A stretch of DNA of 63,517 nucleotides, the filler included, from Sphacelaria rigidula (lineage: Eukaryota): NCBI GenBank assembly GCA_964200075.2. It is 9 parts of 9 records of this genome, joined end to end, with 100 filler letters (N's around TTAATTAATTAA, not from the genome) between each part and the next. Parts side by side here need not be neighbours in the genome. Positions count along the whole stretch, not along the records: positions 42,414 to 49,381 come from CAXNAA020017154.1; positions 49,482 to 56,449 come from CAXNAA020017155.1; positions 56,550 to 63,517 come from CAXNAA020017156.1; 6 more parts are not named here. One strand, written 5' to 3'. Both the position numbers and the translations under genes were made by a program. Below, piece after piece: positions 46,095 to 59,200 of this stretch. The notes beneath the pieces are model-generated. The model did no database searches. It saw only the letters and a list, made by a program, of their open reading frames with translations, and was not told the origin of the DNA. Numbering within the stretch: position 1 is the stretch's first letter; every line of letters starts with the position of its first letter.

Positions 46095-47143
46095 CAGGGT
46101 TCTACACGTTACACGCGCCACAACGTTACACGTTACGTTCACGTTACGTTTTGGTCGAAACACATCGTAGCCAATCGGCCCGGTGGCTCAGTCGGTAACC
46201 TCGAAACCTTCTGACGGTTGGGTCATGGGTTCGAATCTCAGGGCGATCTGAGATTGTTTTTCATACTATGTCTCTAACAGTGGAGAGCGAGTATGTCGAG
46301 GGTACACATAATTCGACTTTATGGTCGACGAGAAAAAAGGATCGCTGAAGCCCTCTCGTAATGAAAAAGAAAAGGCGAGCATCGCAGAATGAAGATGGCG
46401 AGAACTAAAACGAACAAAAAAGTGAACAAATCCTGTGTTGGCCTTCCTCCCGTGTGACCCCGGCTGGTCCACCCACATCTGCCGAAAGATATAGACTGGC
46501 GTCCAGAATAAATGGGATGTAAACAGTAAAACACAAGCTTGTCAAGGTGGATAAATGCATTGATTGCCTGGATCGCGGTGTAAACCTGTCATACATACAT
46601 ATATGCATACATTCGTACGCCTGCCTTTGACGGCCGTGTGTTATGTGATGAGGACTTTGCAGTTTTGGATTCACTTTGTCTGGATACAGACCGACGGGTA
46701 GTAGAATTACGCATCTTTGGCGAATATCTCAGCGGCTTTTAAATCAACCACGAGCCAGCTGTTGGGTTGATACGTGCGTGGTTGGTCGCTATCGTATTGG
46801 ATGACGTGAAATTATCAGGGTTCAACGATAGATGTATACGTAAGCTGATTTAAAGTTGGATCGCGGTTGATTTATGTAACTACAGTATCTCTTTTTTTTA
46901 TGTGTACATGTATACATACATAGAACCAAGGCTACCCAATATAGTTTTGTCTGCGAAATGCCGGGACGATTCAAGTCGCCGTTCAATCATGTTCACGATA
47001 TGTTGTGTGTACAGTATGTGCTGTCGTGCGAGTGGCCAAGCATTTGAAAATATAAAATTGAACACAAAAAGATGATGACGAAAAAGGAGACATGAAAACA
47101 TTACGGTCAAATACGAATGAACGATACACTGTAGACTGTTGGG

Positions 47144-47178
<35 letters not shown>

Positions 47179-48128
47179 GCTGTTGTGACTTGGGTACAAA
47201 ATACAAAATGTTTAACTGTCAACCTGACAGGAGCAATTGGTTCAACTGGTGAACCCAGCTCTGACAAGAGAGCTCGCAGAGGCTGCACAGTGTTGGTTAA
47301 ACAATTGCTTGCGCACTGAGAGAAATACGTTTAAACTTGCCGCTTCATCTGGGCGTCACTCAAATCAAACACAATCAGTCTCTACTCCATAGAATACTGA
47401 TAACAAACTAATAGGCTTTCTTGAGATGGGTCGCTTTGGAAAGTAAATAGCGTGGGGTTATTTCACTTTGCCAACGAAACTATTGGACACTATAAAACTG
47501 TTCATCCAAACTCTTGATACCTTAGACTCTTCATACTCAACCCTTCAGTATTCTGACAATATGCTGACTGTCTATATACGAGCTATACAGTACATGAGCT
47601 ATTAATTATTCTACGACGAATATCCTATTTCTTCGTGTATTACTACGAGCTCTGTTCTAACGATGAACCGTTACCGCGTTTACCGCTAATCTCGAGTATG
47701 TATATATTCCGAACTGTCATTTCTCAGTCTCCAATATAGACATAATAATGTTACACGATCGGATAATGCGCCTACGCTCGAACATACGATGGGCCACCGT
47801 CAGCGTCACGTACACGGTAACGTCACGCGTTACCAGACACATTGCAACGTCTTAAACTCTGGTAAATAAGCCGCGACATGCACAGAATGAAACGTTACAT
47901 TCGAACGTCACACGTGCCTATTAAATCTAATATCAGACATTACACGTTCCATGAAAGGCATCGTATTGCGTTGCATGTGACGAAACGTAACGTGAAATAT
48001 GTATAACGTGCCAAACGAAACGTGGGCGTAACGCTAAATTGTTTCGTTAAACGTTTAACGTGAACGTTACGTTTTACAAACGTTATGAACATAACGTGCA
48101 ACGTGAACGTGTAGCGTGAACACCCGTG
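46095..48128. mobile_element. TIR element (hAT-like ends) with ACGT-rich subterminal arrays and a nested SINE
   Basis: Imperfect 21-bp TIRs cagggttctacacgttacacg / cgtgtagcgtgaacacccgtg (16 of 21 pair). ACGT arrays lie at 46100-46160 and 47800-48120. Confidence 0.55.
46170..46524 (+). mobile_element. tRNA-derived SINE, full-length copy
   Basis: A box TGGCTCAGTCGG and B box GGTTCGAATC; collinear with 4431-4780. Confidence 0.9.
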
Positions 48129-49644
48129 GAAAATAGCACATATTTCCTGCCCTGATAAAAAATTTGCCATCAGTTTTCCCGGAGGTTTTTGGTCCCCACA
48201 AAATGGGAGATTTCGGTGAGGGGAAACGTACGCCCGTGAACAAATTGTCTTACTTAGAATAAGAGTTCCCTTATATCCATCCTCTACCAACCTGTCTTAA
48301 ACTGGTAATGTTACAGCGAAAATGTTCGAAACACCCCCCTCCCCCGTGTGACTTACCCCCTTTCCCCTACCGATGGGATGGCTCAAGGCACTTGCAGTCC
48401 TTTACAAAAAGAGCGGATAGGAAGAACAAGAGAAGGAAGAAGGAAACCGGAGCAATCATCAGTATAATAGTGTATGCACAACTGCAATAATCGCCTGCAA
48501 CGTCTGTCACCAGCGCTTGGATACGTTTTTGGCTCCAAAGAGAGACAAAACGCTAATAAAAGTGCATACACGCATGGACCTATCCGCCCTGTATATGCAT
48601 GTACCCAGGCTGCGAGATGGTCTCCTGCATCTGCCGTCACACATTCATTTGGCCCGAACAAGTGGAGTACCAAGCGGTGGAGGCATTTCGTGCCGCACAC
48701 CCCGACAGCCCGGCTCGCGCTGCTGCCCAAATCCTTAGTCGGGGCCTGCCCCTCACTGTGGCCCGGCACGCGAACGCGGAGCTTAGGCGTTTCACCGTAC
48801 ACGCCGAAGACGACGAGGTAGTTACCTCAGCATGCGGTGTTTTCCACCCGTACGCAGTATCCCACCCCTCTCTGAGTGCTAACCCCCGCTCGATGATATA
48901 TCGTGGGTTTTTTTCAGCACCATGTTGAAATCTATGGTACTGTAGCCGGGGTACGTGGGATATCACCCTCTCCTGAATACCCATCCTGCGTGATGACGTT
49001 TTGGGCCCCAATAACGTATCTCGCGCAGGTGGTATTTACCGCATCGTACGTTGCTCCCCGCGTGTGGGGCGGGCGGGGGAGCGGCGCGCGGGGGGGGTGG
49101 GGACTCATATGTTGCTTGCCTTAGTCCTTTCACCATTAACTACCCATCCCTTTCGAGACGGAGCACCGTTCGTCCTTCCATTTCAATAGTCACACCTCCA
49201 ACATCTAGGTGCTCATTACATCTCTTCCATGCATTGCACAACAACCTTTTACATATCTTATCCCCTCCCTGGTTCGCCGTCTGTGGCCACCATCTATCTC
49301 CTAGGATAGCCATCGTTTTCTCCCCACTGTCTAGTGCATCAAATGATTTCGTGCCATCTTCGTTCACGTCCCGCATTTCCCNNNNNNNNNNNNNNNNNNN
49401 NNNNNNNNNNNNNNNNNNNNNNNNNTTAATTAATTAANNNNNNNNNNNNNNNNNNNNNNNNNNNNNNNNNNNNNNNNNNNNGATCAACTTTTTCTCCCTT
49501 TGGGGCAATCAGGCCGAAGAAATCGTCAATTTGGTGATTTTGAGTCGTGATGATTAGTCCTAACCGTGAAACTCACTCCAATGCAAGTCCTCCTTTCGTA
49601 GCCCACATCACTCACCGCCCTTGCGCGGCGTATCCGTCTCACAG

Positions 49645-52600
49645 GCCCAGAAGGCGATACTGGGGAGCCCCATATGTGACGATAGCAACACGATGACCCT
49701 GCTCTCGGCAACGCGGCAAGGAGTCGCTACCGTGGAGAGCGATGCTGGTGTTACGCCGGTGCGATCGACACCGGTGTCGTCACCGTTCCACTTCACTCCC
49801 GTCGATGACGCTTGGGGGCGGAGGAGAAACCCAGACAGACTGTCCAGGGGCAGCGGGGGGGGCGGTTCGCCGGCAGAGTGCTTACGCGACTATTCCAGCG
49901 GCGAGCGTGACGACGACGTGAGTTCGAATAAGATCATTGCGCAGGGCATGCATGGCAAAACCTACTCGAGTTGTGGGTTGGGTCGATCTTGGAGTCCGAA
50001 GCTTGCGGCACTGTTTTCGAGGCTATACAGTACTAGTCCCACTGGGTGCTCCTCGCAATTACCCGATCCTCTTTCCTCTGCGCGAACGCTCGAGGGTTTG
50101 AGCACAGCTGTCGTCGAGCCGAATGAATGCCGTTGTCAGGAAGTCATCGTTGGATAACTATGATTTTCTTGATGAGCTAACTCGGGAACATACGGTAACC
50201 ACTGCTGCACGTCATCACGACAGCAACCCTGAAATCCCCTCGCATGTTCCCCCCCCCCCCATCCCTTCCTCGCCTTCGCCCCACTCACTCGTTTTTCTCA
50301 ATAGCCGCTCGTGGAACAAGAGCGACCCACCGATAGCAACTCTGCCATCGACTCCGCTAAAAACACGCAGCAGACGCCGTCCACTCCGGCGATACCCTCC
50401 CACCAACAGGGTATGGTCAGTCCACCGATGGGTGTAATGTTCACACGAACTGCCGCGGTCGGCCTGCCCACCCCCGTGGTGGCCGGGCTCTTCGGCAGCA
50501 GCGATGAAAATTCCGCAGGCGTGGCAGCAGCATCAGCGGCAGCAGCCTCCGAGAGCGACCACCGAAGGACGACCAGTACCAGCAGCAGCAACGATAAGAC
50601 CGACGGCTACACCCACGGTCTGGCCGCGAGCGCCTCGGGCAGCAGTTCGTCAGGGAGCAACAGCAAGGACTATGCAGAAGGGTCCATAGCACGGTCTGGC
50701 CTATTGCACGACGACCGGGACTCCGACAGCGTCCTCGTCAAAAATAGCGAGGGAGTGTCCAAGAGCAAGGGGCTGTCGCGCGGGGGTAACGGGGAGAGGT
50801 TGGTGCGGCACAGCACGTGGAGTCCGCCTAAGCCCCGCAAGGGCTCCAAGCTGGGGATGGGCCCGCGTGCGCGGACGGTGCCGTCAAGCCTGGGAGAGGA
50901 TGCAGGAGAGGCCACAGGGCAAAGGGGTGCTGGTCTAGAGGACGGTCCTGATGGAGGGTGAGGATGAGAATGTACAGTCTGCCGGGCTGTCGTGAAAGTT
51001 GATGGCGATAGGCTAGGGTGCGGATACGGGTCAGTATTACAACTTGGGTACCATGACGGGTGAAACTTATTATTTTTTCTTCAGACGATACTCGAGGTAT
51101 CCAGAGTACTACCCGTTAACTACCCTTGATATCTCTGTGCGTGGGTTTTAGTCTAAGCAGGTGTAATATGTCCTTGTCCTGTTGCTGTCTTCTTATTTTT
51201 TCATGTAAGCATGTATTGCCCTTCTCCCTGTGAAAGCCAACGCTGTGTATGTAGCATCATTTGAAAAGCACCGGAGAAAGGGAACTGCTCAGTTTTCACG
51301 TTCAGCATACGCACAATTTGTGTAATGTTTCACATCCCACCCATTGGGTTGTTTGTGCTTCACTCACGAACGACAAGCGAACTACACTTGATGGCGGCTG
51401 ACACTCAGCAATATCCGCATTCACCTGTCCCTCAACTCGTATCTCACGTGCGCTGCATTCAACCTAAACTCACCTACATCATCGCGGGGTGTGGCGCCGG
51501 TGGCTATACACCGTGGCAGATTCCTGATTCGCAGGAAAAGCATGCCGTCACCCGCGTCGTCCTCGCCGGCCCCGGGGTGGCAAAACGCATTCGGCGACGG
51601 CAATGGGGACGATCACTCTGCCCAAGTTCCGCCTTCCCTTCGCAGGATGAACGTTGGTAGTGGAGCGAGCAGCAGCAGTATGTACCTCAGCTGCCTCAGC
51701 GTGGGTGGAGATATGGAGGTATGTCCATGTGTGGACAGGTGCTATGAGTGCATACAAGGAGGCCGAAATCGCCCGATGTGATGCCCAACGAACAAGAATA
51801 TCGAGGCCACCGACATGCCGTATGTCATGTGAACATCCTACTCGTGTACTGTATAAGCTGGGCCAGGTTATAAGTGGATCTGTAGGCTGCAGACGGATTC
51901 TCACCTCAATTTTGAAGTTGCACTTTCACATTCGGAATGGAGAATCGCTGGGGCATAATGAAGAAAGAGATTTTGGAGCATTAAAGATTTTTTCATGGGC
52001 AAAACATGAGGTCCAGATTTCACTCAGACATCCCCAAGTCGATGAAATATGACTGTGGGAGCATGAAATATGGTCTGATCCGGCGTCCGGTGTCGAAATG
52101 TTTCGATATTCATGGAGAAGAGACGGCAAAACACACAGAAGTGATCCGGGCTGATGTGTGATGAGCATCGCTTTTGTTATTGTATCATGACCAGTTCAGT
52201 ATGTAGTCTGATTCCACGTGCGAGGAGGCAAGGGTGCGACCATTTCTGTCTACTTGTTGGTCAGCGGGTAATCTCGTTCGCGAATGAAGTGAAGCATGTC
52301 CCGTTTGCGTTGAAACTTGCGACGCACTTCGCTTGACTGGAGCGGTGTGCTCAAGGAAACCATTTTTTTTTTTTTAATATGATGGCTCGTGGTTGATATC
52401 TTGGCGCGGTATCTTTTTTTGGCCGTGCACTCTTCGTTCTCTGCCCCTCTCTTCGTCCGTCTGTCCCCCTTCTTATCCTCTGGGTTGGTTCCCTTTCTGT
52501 CTGTCCCGGTCTCTTCATCCGTGTGTCCTCTTCCTGTCTTTATCTGCTTGTCTGTTGCGTGTGCTTAGTCACCTTCTGTAGCGCCCGAAGAGCGGCCAGC

Positions 52601-55600
52601 TCAGAGGCGTTCCCGGAGCATATCGAGTCCTCTTCCTATTCCTCCCTCCCAGGAGACGTCGGGTTGTGACACTCCCGCGGCGTTCCACACGGCTGGAGGT
52701 CTTCCTGCAGCTGGGGTGAGGGAGGACTACGACGGTGGTACAGGTAAACCCCTCTGAGATCGGTGGGGTAGGTACCAAGTATGTACCCTGGTGTAGCACT
52801 CCGTATATTCACCGTAGGCACGTCTATCCTGTGACTGCGCATGAATTTGTAGTGGATCAGTGCAGTGCGACAATCAACTTGATCACAATCTACCCAGGGT
52901 GACGACTGCTAAAGCTACTGAAGATGTGGTGAGCGGTTGGGTAGTTCTCGCGCGGGGAATTCGTTGTATCTTACATGGGGATTACATGCAGGAATCTTGT
53001 ACATGACTTCGTCATATTCCAGTATCCGTCCTCAAATGATTTCATGATTGTGGTCATGGCCTCGAGTATCTTCCAGTAAGTATCCAAAACTGCAGGCCTC
53101 AGGCACAGATGCGAGCACCGAGAGGAGCCCTGCCAGGACCGTGACAAATATAGTTCCGAGACGAATCTTGAAAAACCAATTTTTAAAACATGTTGTGGAT
53201 GAAAAAAATGTCAATCTGCATTTGTTTTCCTTGAAGTAAACAGACAATCCGTGAAGCAGTTCGTCTTGCGCACACGTTGCCCCCTACTGTGGCTCTACTT
53301 GTCAGATCTCGCAACGGGGCCGGCGGAGACGAGCATTAGGGAAGCTGAAGGGACCACGCGTGGGTCGGTCGGCTCAGGCGAAACTAGCTCTGTGCAGCGG
53401 CACGAGATGCGGTCGCCCGAGTTTGCGGGTTCATCGGGCATAGCTGGTGAGATATCGTGAGAAGCCGGACGTGGCTGGTTGGGCTCCTGATGTTTTGGTC
53501 CCGTACGGCGGACAGATGAAATCTTGCAGTAGGACAACGGTTGGTTTCCCTCGGGACCCTCCGCGTACGTGACGTAGCAAATGGAATCTAATAGCAGTTT
53601 GATGATTTCCATGGGCAAAAACCGAACAGGGCAACAGCAGCAGCAGCAGCAGCCAGGAACGTCTTTTTTGGTGGGCGTGAGTAGACACGAAAGCGATAGC
53701 GCGGGTCATTGGCTAGAACGTCTTATACACCTGGTCGTTCCGTACTTTGTTGGGTGGATGTGGCTTGATTGTCGAGTGGCCCGTGTGTGCTGCACTTCTC
53801 CTTGTTTTCTCCATCTGTTCTGGTCATTTGATGGAAGCGCGGGGCGGTTCAGACGTCCGGGGGGTTACTACGATGTTGAACGGTCAGTCACCGGTACAGA
53901 ATTTACCATTTTCTCGATTATGGTCCAGTGGTGGGTGATTCTTCGGGTCGCATTAGCTCACCACCTACATATGCCATGACTGTTGCGCACAGGACGTTCA
54001 GGCATGTACGTGGGTGTAAGACGTGTTGGTTGGACATCGCCGCAGCTCGACGTAGCCGGACACACACACACACACACACTAGAGAATGAAACATTGGACG
54101 ATGATACAGACGGGGGGGAGGGGGAACGTACCCATTAGTTTCTTGCCTTGGTCATTTGATCATTGATGATACAAACTGGGAGGTAGTGGGTCTTGTAAGG
54201 TATCGACTGCTGCCAATTCTGAGTCGTCCAGGGCACCTGGAATGTGGAGTGAGGGAAAAGCAATGATATTCGAGTGTGCCGTATCCGTACCTCATCCATT
54301 TTTGTTACCGTTTTTCGGCTGGCCTCCCTCAATTTTTCTCCCTGCCAAATCAGCTGCTCCACCTCTGGGCTTGTCGGACGGCAACGGTGGCGGTCATCTC
54401 CGTCGCTCTTCGACGGAGTCTGTCGGTTTGCCAATAGCGGCGTCTTCCCGAGCCATTTTCGAGACCCCGCAAGCAGAGGTGTGTCATGCTCTACAGGAAA
54501 CGTCTGAAAAAATTGGCGCATAGGTATATATCGCTTTCTGGTCGTGCTCATGGGACAGCATCAGTTTATGCTCACAGTATGTAGCCCAGAGAGTGCGCGA
54601 GACGAATCCGACGGTACGCAACGAGGGGCCGGGAAATTCAGGGGAGGAGGCGTTTCGAGCGCACTCGTTTTCAAGCGGAGCATCTACCCTGAGGCGTCCC
54701 CCTCAGGGCAGTTATGGGTTCATAGCATGCTGTAGTTGGTGGTGTCCCGCACAAGACAAGAATACCGGTACACGGCATGGAAGGGTGTTCGTCGTCACCA
54801 AGTGTTTTCCCTGCCCGAAGGAGACACTCCCTGGCAACGCCATCCTCGCGTGGCATGGGATCGCTCGTCACAATCATTACCTACCTTCGTGTGTCCAAAT
54901 CTGCGTTCCGCCCTTGCCCGATCCAGGCGAAATTCAAGTGGGGTAGCCGCCCGCAATACGGAGACTGGGGCATCAGCCAACCTGCGTCAGCCCGAAGTCT
55001 GAAGCGTTTAGCGGGTCGACTGATGGCGTTTGCTGGGCGCGCCACGGGAGGTAGATTGAGCGGCGGACCGGCGGTGAGACAGTGGTAAAAGGATGGGAGT
55101 GCGGTGGGGGAGGGATTTAGTTCTGGTCGTTTGGGATGTTGGATTGCGTTTTTTTTCTTCACATACCTTGTGCTGGTGGTCACGCGGGGGGCAAGGTTAT
55201 GTCCGTGTGCATAGATACCGAGTTGTCTACGCAGATTGCTCTGGGTTTCGCGTTGCACATTCCCTGTGTGGGCGACGTTCTCATGCAGAATGTCGTATCG
55301 TGTACCCCTGATCAATTTCGACCCCTCTCACCGCCCCCTTTTCCGGTCCGCCCCCCCTTCTCACGACAGGACCATCCGGACCCATCCTTGCACGGCGAGT
55401 CAGGTACCTCTCCCAACAACTCCATTGTGGCCACGCCGCAACGATATAACCATCACAACGCCTCCTCCAACGACGCCGACGACAATGCCCACGACCTGCT
55501 TCTTACATCCATCAATGACTATACTGGCACTAGCAGCCTGCGGCTGCTTCCGCTCAGAAGCTGCCCAGGCTCGGCGACCTCGAGCACTTGCTCGTCGAAG

Positions 55601-56299
55601 CGGGACCGCAGCTCCTTCGGCATGAACATCCGGAACTCCCTGGGCACGCTCGCGGAGCGCGGAGGGGTGGACGGTGCGGCGGAGTCCGAGGAGTATGAGG
55701 AAGATGATGCCGTTGAGGAAGGGGGGCTTGAGGTGTTGGAGCGAGGGGGGGGGGGTGGGGGGGGGGGTGAAGAGGATGGTGGATGGGATGGTGGGAATAG
55801 TAATGGCAGTGCTGCTGTAGACTTCCGGTGAGTTGTGTTGGGGGGTGAAATACCGACGAGAGCTGGTTGCGGTGCGCGTGCGGGGCGGGGAGGGGAGAGT
55901 CGTGTTGTTGAGAGGCAGGGTCTACTCGTGGAGTTTTTCTGTTGTTGTTTTCATCGTTATTGTGCCGTGTAGTTCATAACCTACCGCAACCAAATCCCTC
56001 CCAGGTGTCGATGCATGTCTTGTGTGTGGAGGGCAACCCCCCCCCCCCCATCCACCTGAACTTTGTTTCCGGCGTTCCGGGTGTTTTTCGAACGTCTGTC
56101 CTGTGTATTTGCTCCTCATGTTTGTTGTCTTGGAAGAAGCGTTGATCCGTGGGAGTCGGTGGACGGCAACGATGTGAGCAGGGTCGTTAGGGATGGGGGT
56201 CGTTCGGGACTGGGCAGCTTGATGTCGGACGGACAGAGAGAGGCACAGCGAAGGCGGCAATCTAAGGCAAAAATGAGGAGGGTTTCGATGAGCATGAAG
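49645..56299 (+). CDS. Multi-exon gene fragment encoding a Ser/Gly/acidic low-complexity protein of unknown function
   Basis: AG/GT-bounded candidate exons: 49645-49917, 50305-50957, 51520-51718, 52582-52743, 53306-53446, 54354-54478, 55370-55827, 56137-56299. Phases chain correctly except the 51718/52582 join, where an alternative donor or a missed exon is needed. No domain recognised. Confidence 0.7.
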
Positions 56300-59200
56300 G
56301 TGAGCGTGAGGTTTTTTTTTCCGAACGTTTTTTTTTCAAAGCGGATGCACAACCTACTCGTATCATACGTGTAGACCACGGGCACCGTAGGTAAGGTACC
56401 GTACCGAGCGTACCCCCGGTATTTACCGGCGTATCCCATACCGTGGTATNNNNNNNNNNNNNNNNNNNNNNNNNNNNNNNNNNNNNNNNNNNNTTAATTA
56501 ATTAANNNNNNNNNNNNNNNNNNNNNNNNNNNNNNNNNNNNNNNNNNNNGTGCTGCAGACCCGGTTCGACCTGCGTGGTCGCCACACATGGAAGTAACTT
56601 TCCCTCCGCAGGTTAGGGTGCACAGCAACAGTGTTCTTACCACCCAACGCGGTAATTTGTCACTTAAAGGTCACCTTTTCTGTCATAAACCAGCACCAAC
56701 GCTCCTGCCTTGTCGAAAGCTTCGCAGTGGTGTCGCGTCTCGGACCTGCGCTCCTTGGTGTGGACGTCCACGGCCGTGTGAAGTACACCTACTTTGCGGC
56801 TGGTTCCACCTGAAGTCTTATCCCATGACTCTTGTATGCGGGTTTTCAGGTAGTTCAGATTTTTTTTGTTCTTTCGGCGTAAGACTGACACGGCATGACG
56901 GATCCATAGCATAGTGCATAACAGTCCACGGTGCTGGAACACACCGCGGTTGGTATATAAGGGGGTATCTGTTGTTTCGTGAGGTGGTGGATACAATACA
57001 TAAACAGTACACAGCGTGGCGGATCCACAGCATACAGTCAACATGACTACGGCTTGGCTGCACAAATGAGAGATTTCATTCGTCCGCATTTATCTCGATT
57101 TCAGGCCGGTGAGCGAACAACATGTGTGCGTAGGCATAACGGAGCAAAAAGGCTTCACTCGTACATGGGAGAATCGGCGGATGGGAATGGGGAAGAAGTA
57201 GACGAGCCGTGCAGTGTTTTTGACAGTAGGTTCAACCACAACCACTTGATCGATGACTGTAAATTAGCAAAGGGCTGTTAGTCCATCTCTGTGTTTCTCT
57301 GCTAGTTGGCAGTTGTCAATGGAGTAGTTGCGCCTACTTGTTATTTCCTTGATTACGGGGTGATGGATATAATCCATCTGCAGTACGCAGCGTGATGGAT
57401 CCACAGTTTACACCTGAACAGTCCACGGCACTGGTACACAGTGCAGCTGGATGGGTGAGGGTGGGGAGCGCACATCGCACTGCGTCCTAGCGGCGCACGT
57501 ACGTCGGATCCCCCGTCTCCCGACGGGTGTCTCAGCCTGGTTAGGTGACAATGGTTCGTGACGCTAAAAGAACACAGGACTGCTGTGCATGTGTGCAGTA
57601 AGTAGTACGAGTAGACTCCAGAAGACAGACTTTTCAAGATTCTTCCGATGTAGAAGTAGCTTGACCGCTTTTGCCTGTTGCATCATCTCTCGCTGTGCTC
57701 ATGTGTAATGATTGACAGTTACTGTGTTCCTCCCGCAAGCAGAGCGTATTTGAATCAAGTGTTCCGAGATGCTTCAAAATGACTCGGGTTGAGTATAAAA
57801 AAAACTCCACCTGATGCTGCTCAAAATATGGGGGGGAGAGACATTTGCTCTATTAACCCTTTTGGAACCGTTGATGGAAAATTGACGACTTACAAGTGAC
57901 GTTTTTTCGGGCAAGGAGTGGTTGTTTATTTACAGCCTTTGAGCAAACGATTCGCCCAACGCGTGTTTTTCAGACCCACGTGGAAAAAAAAAGGTTCCCT
58001 CTATTACGGGTATGACAAAGTGTTCGACCCGTCGGTGTTTTCTAACCCCGGTCAGAGTGCACGGCAGGTCTCCGAGAAGCAATCTTCACGCCGCACCTGC
58101 ACGCCCTTCCCCTTGCAGTTGATGCTTTGTGCCGCATCATAGCAACCCTACACCTAAGTTGCAATGATGAAGGCGACGCCGACGGCACATTTACCTCAGT
58201 TATGACCCCGTCTACTATCTGTGTTCGGAGACTGTCACCGTCAGACCCTGTGGGGATGTACTCACCTACTCCTCTATACTGCGTGTGATCACGACATTTT
58301 CAGCTTCTTTCAAGTGAAAACTCACATCATGCACGGTACTGTACTCCGTCGTGCGCGTTTATACGACACTATACTGCGGTTTGATCATTCCATAATGGCG
58401 ACGCGGATGACATGTATCCTGCCGTTATACATACCCCCGATGCACCGTAGGCGGAGGCCGTCACTTTGGCATATCCGATACAGGCTGTGATCTTACGGCA
58501 TATCTCATCCTGCGCTTTGTGCTGTACGTTTCCACGACGGTACCTCTACACTGCGGGTTGATCATGTCTGAACGTTGCACAGCCGTACTTCGTGCTGCGT
58601 GAGGTTTATGACTCCGGCTTGCGCTATCGTGTTCGTAACGTCTGTCCTCGTGGGCAGCGTTGGGATTTCATGCAATGATATTGCACACATTCTGTCCTCT
58701 TGCGTGGAAGACCGTATCATCGTTATTTAGTTATGCTGGACTATAGTGAAGTGTGCTCACTGGCTGTAGTTGTAGTTGGTTCAGGCTGGTTGCGAAAGGC
58801 TGTCCCGGTCGGTTGTCGACCGTTGTTAGTATATCGCCTGTCTGGCCGCTTGCAATCACGTCCGCCTGGTGTCTCCTACATAATTCTGCGTGCCTCGCAG
58901 CGTTTTCTCTTGCCGTAGTTACTGTGTTGTCGTTCGGTAGGCGAGTGGGGGGGGGGGCGGTGTACGCTGGAGGGCAATGGGCTGCCCCAACCGCGCTTGC
59001 AGCTTCTTCTGCGAAACTTCTACTGTACGATAGCAGCGTCCTAGCCGTGCTTCTCAGTCACCTCTTCCAGCTGAACATTAATTGCATATGGGTCGCTCTT
59101 CAGCCCTTCCACATGTGGTGACGGGATTTACACTTGCTCGGCCATATCACTGTCGCCGTCTGGTGTGGCTTCCTACGCTCGCCAAGTCTTGATGATGAAG

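Noticed and set aside
48474-48928. Protein-like ORFs (HTFIWPEQVEYQAVEAFRAAHP...)
   Set aside because: No splice structure or family motif that I can support without a database search.
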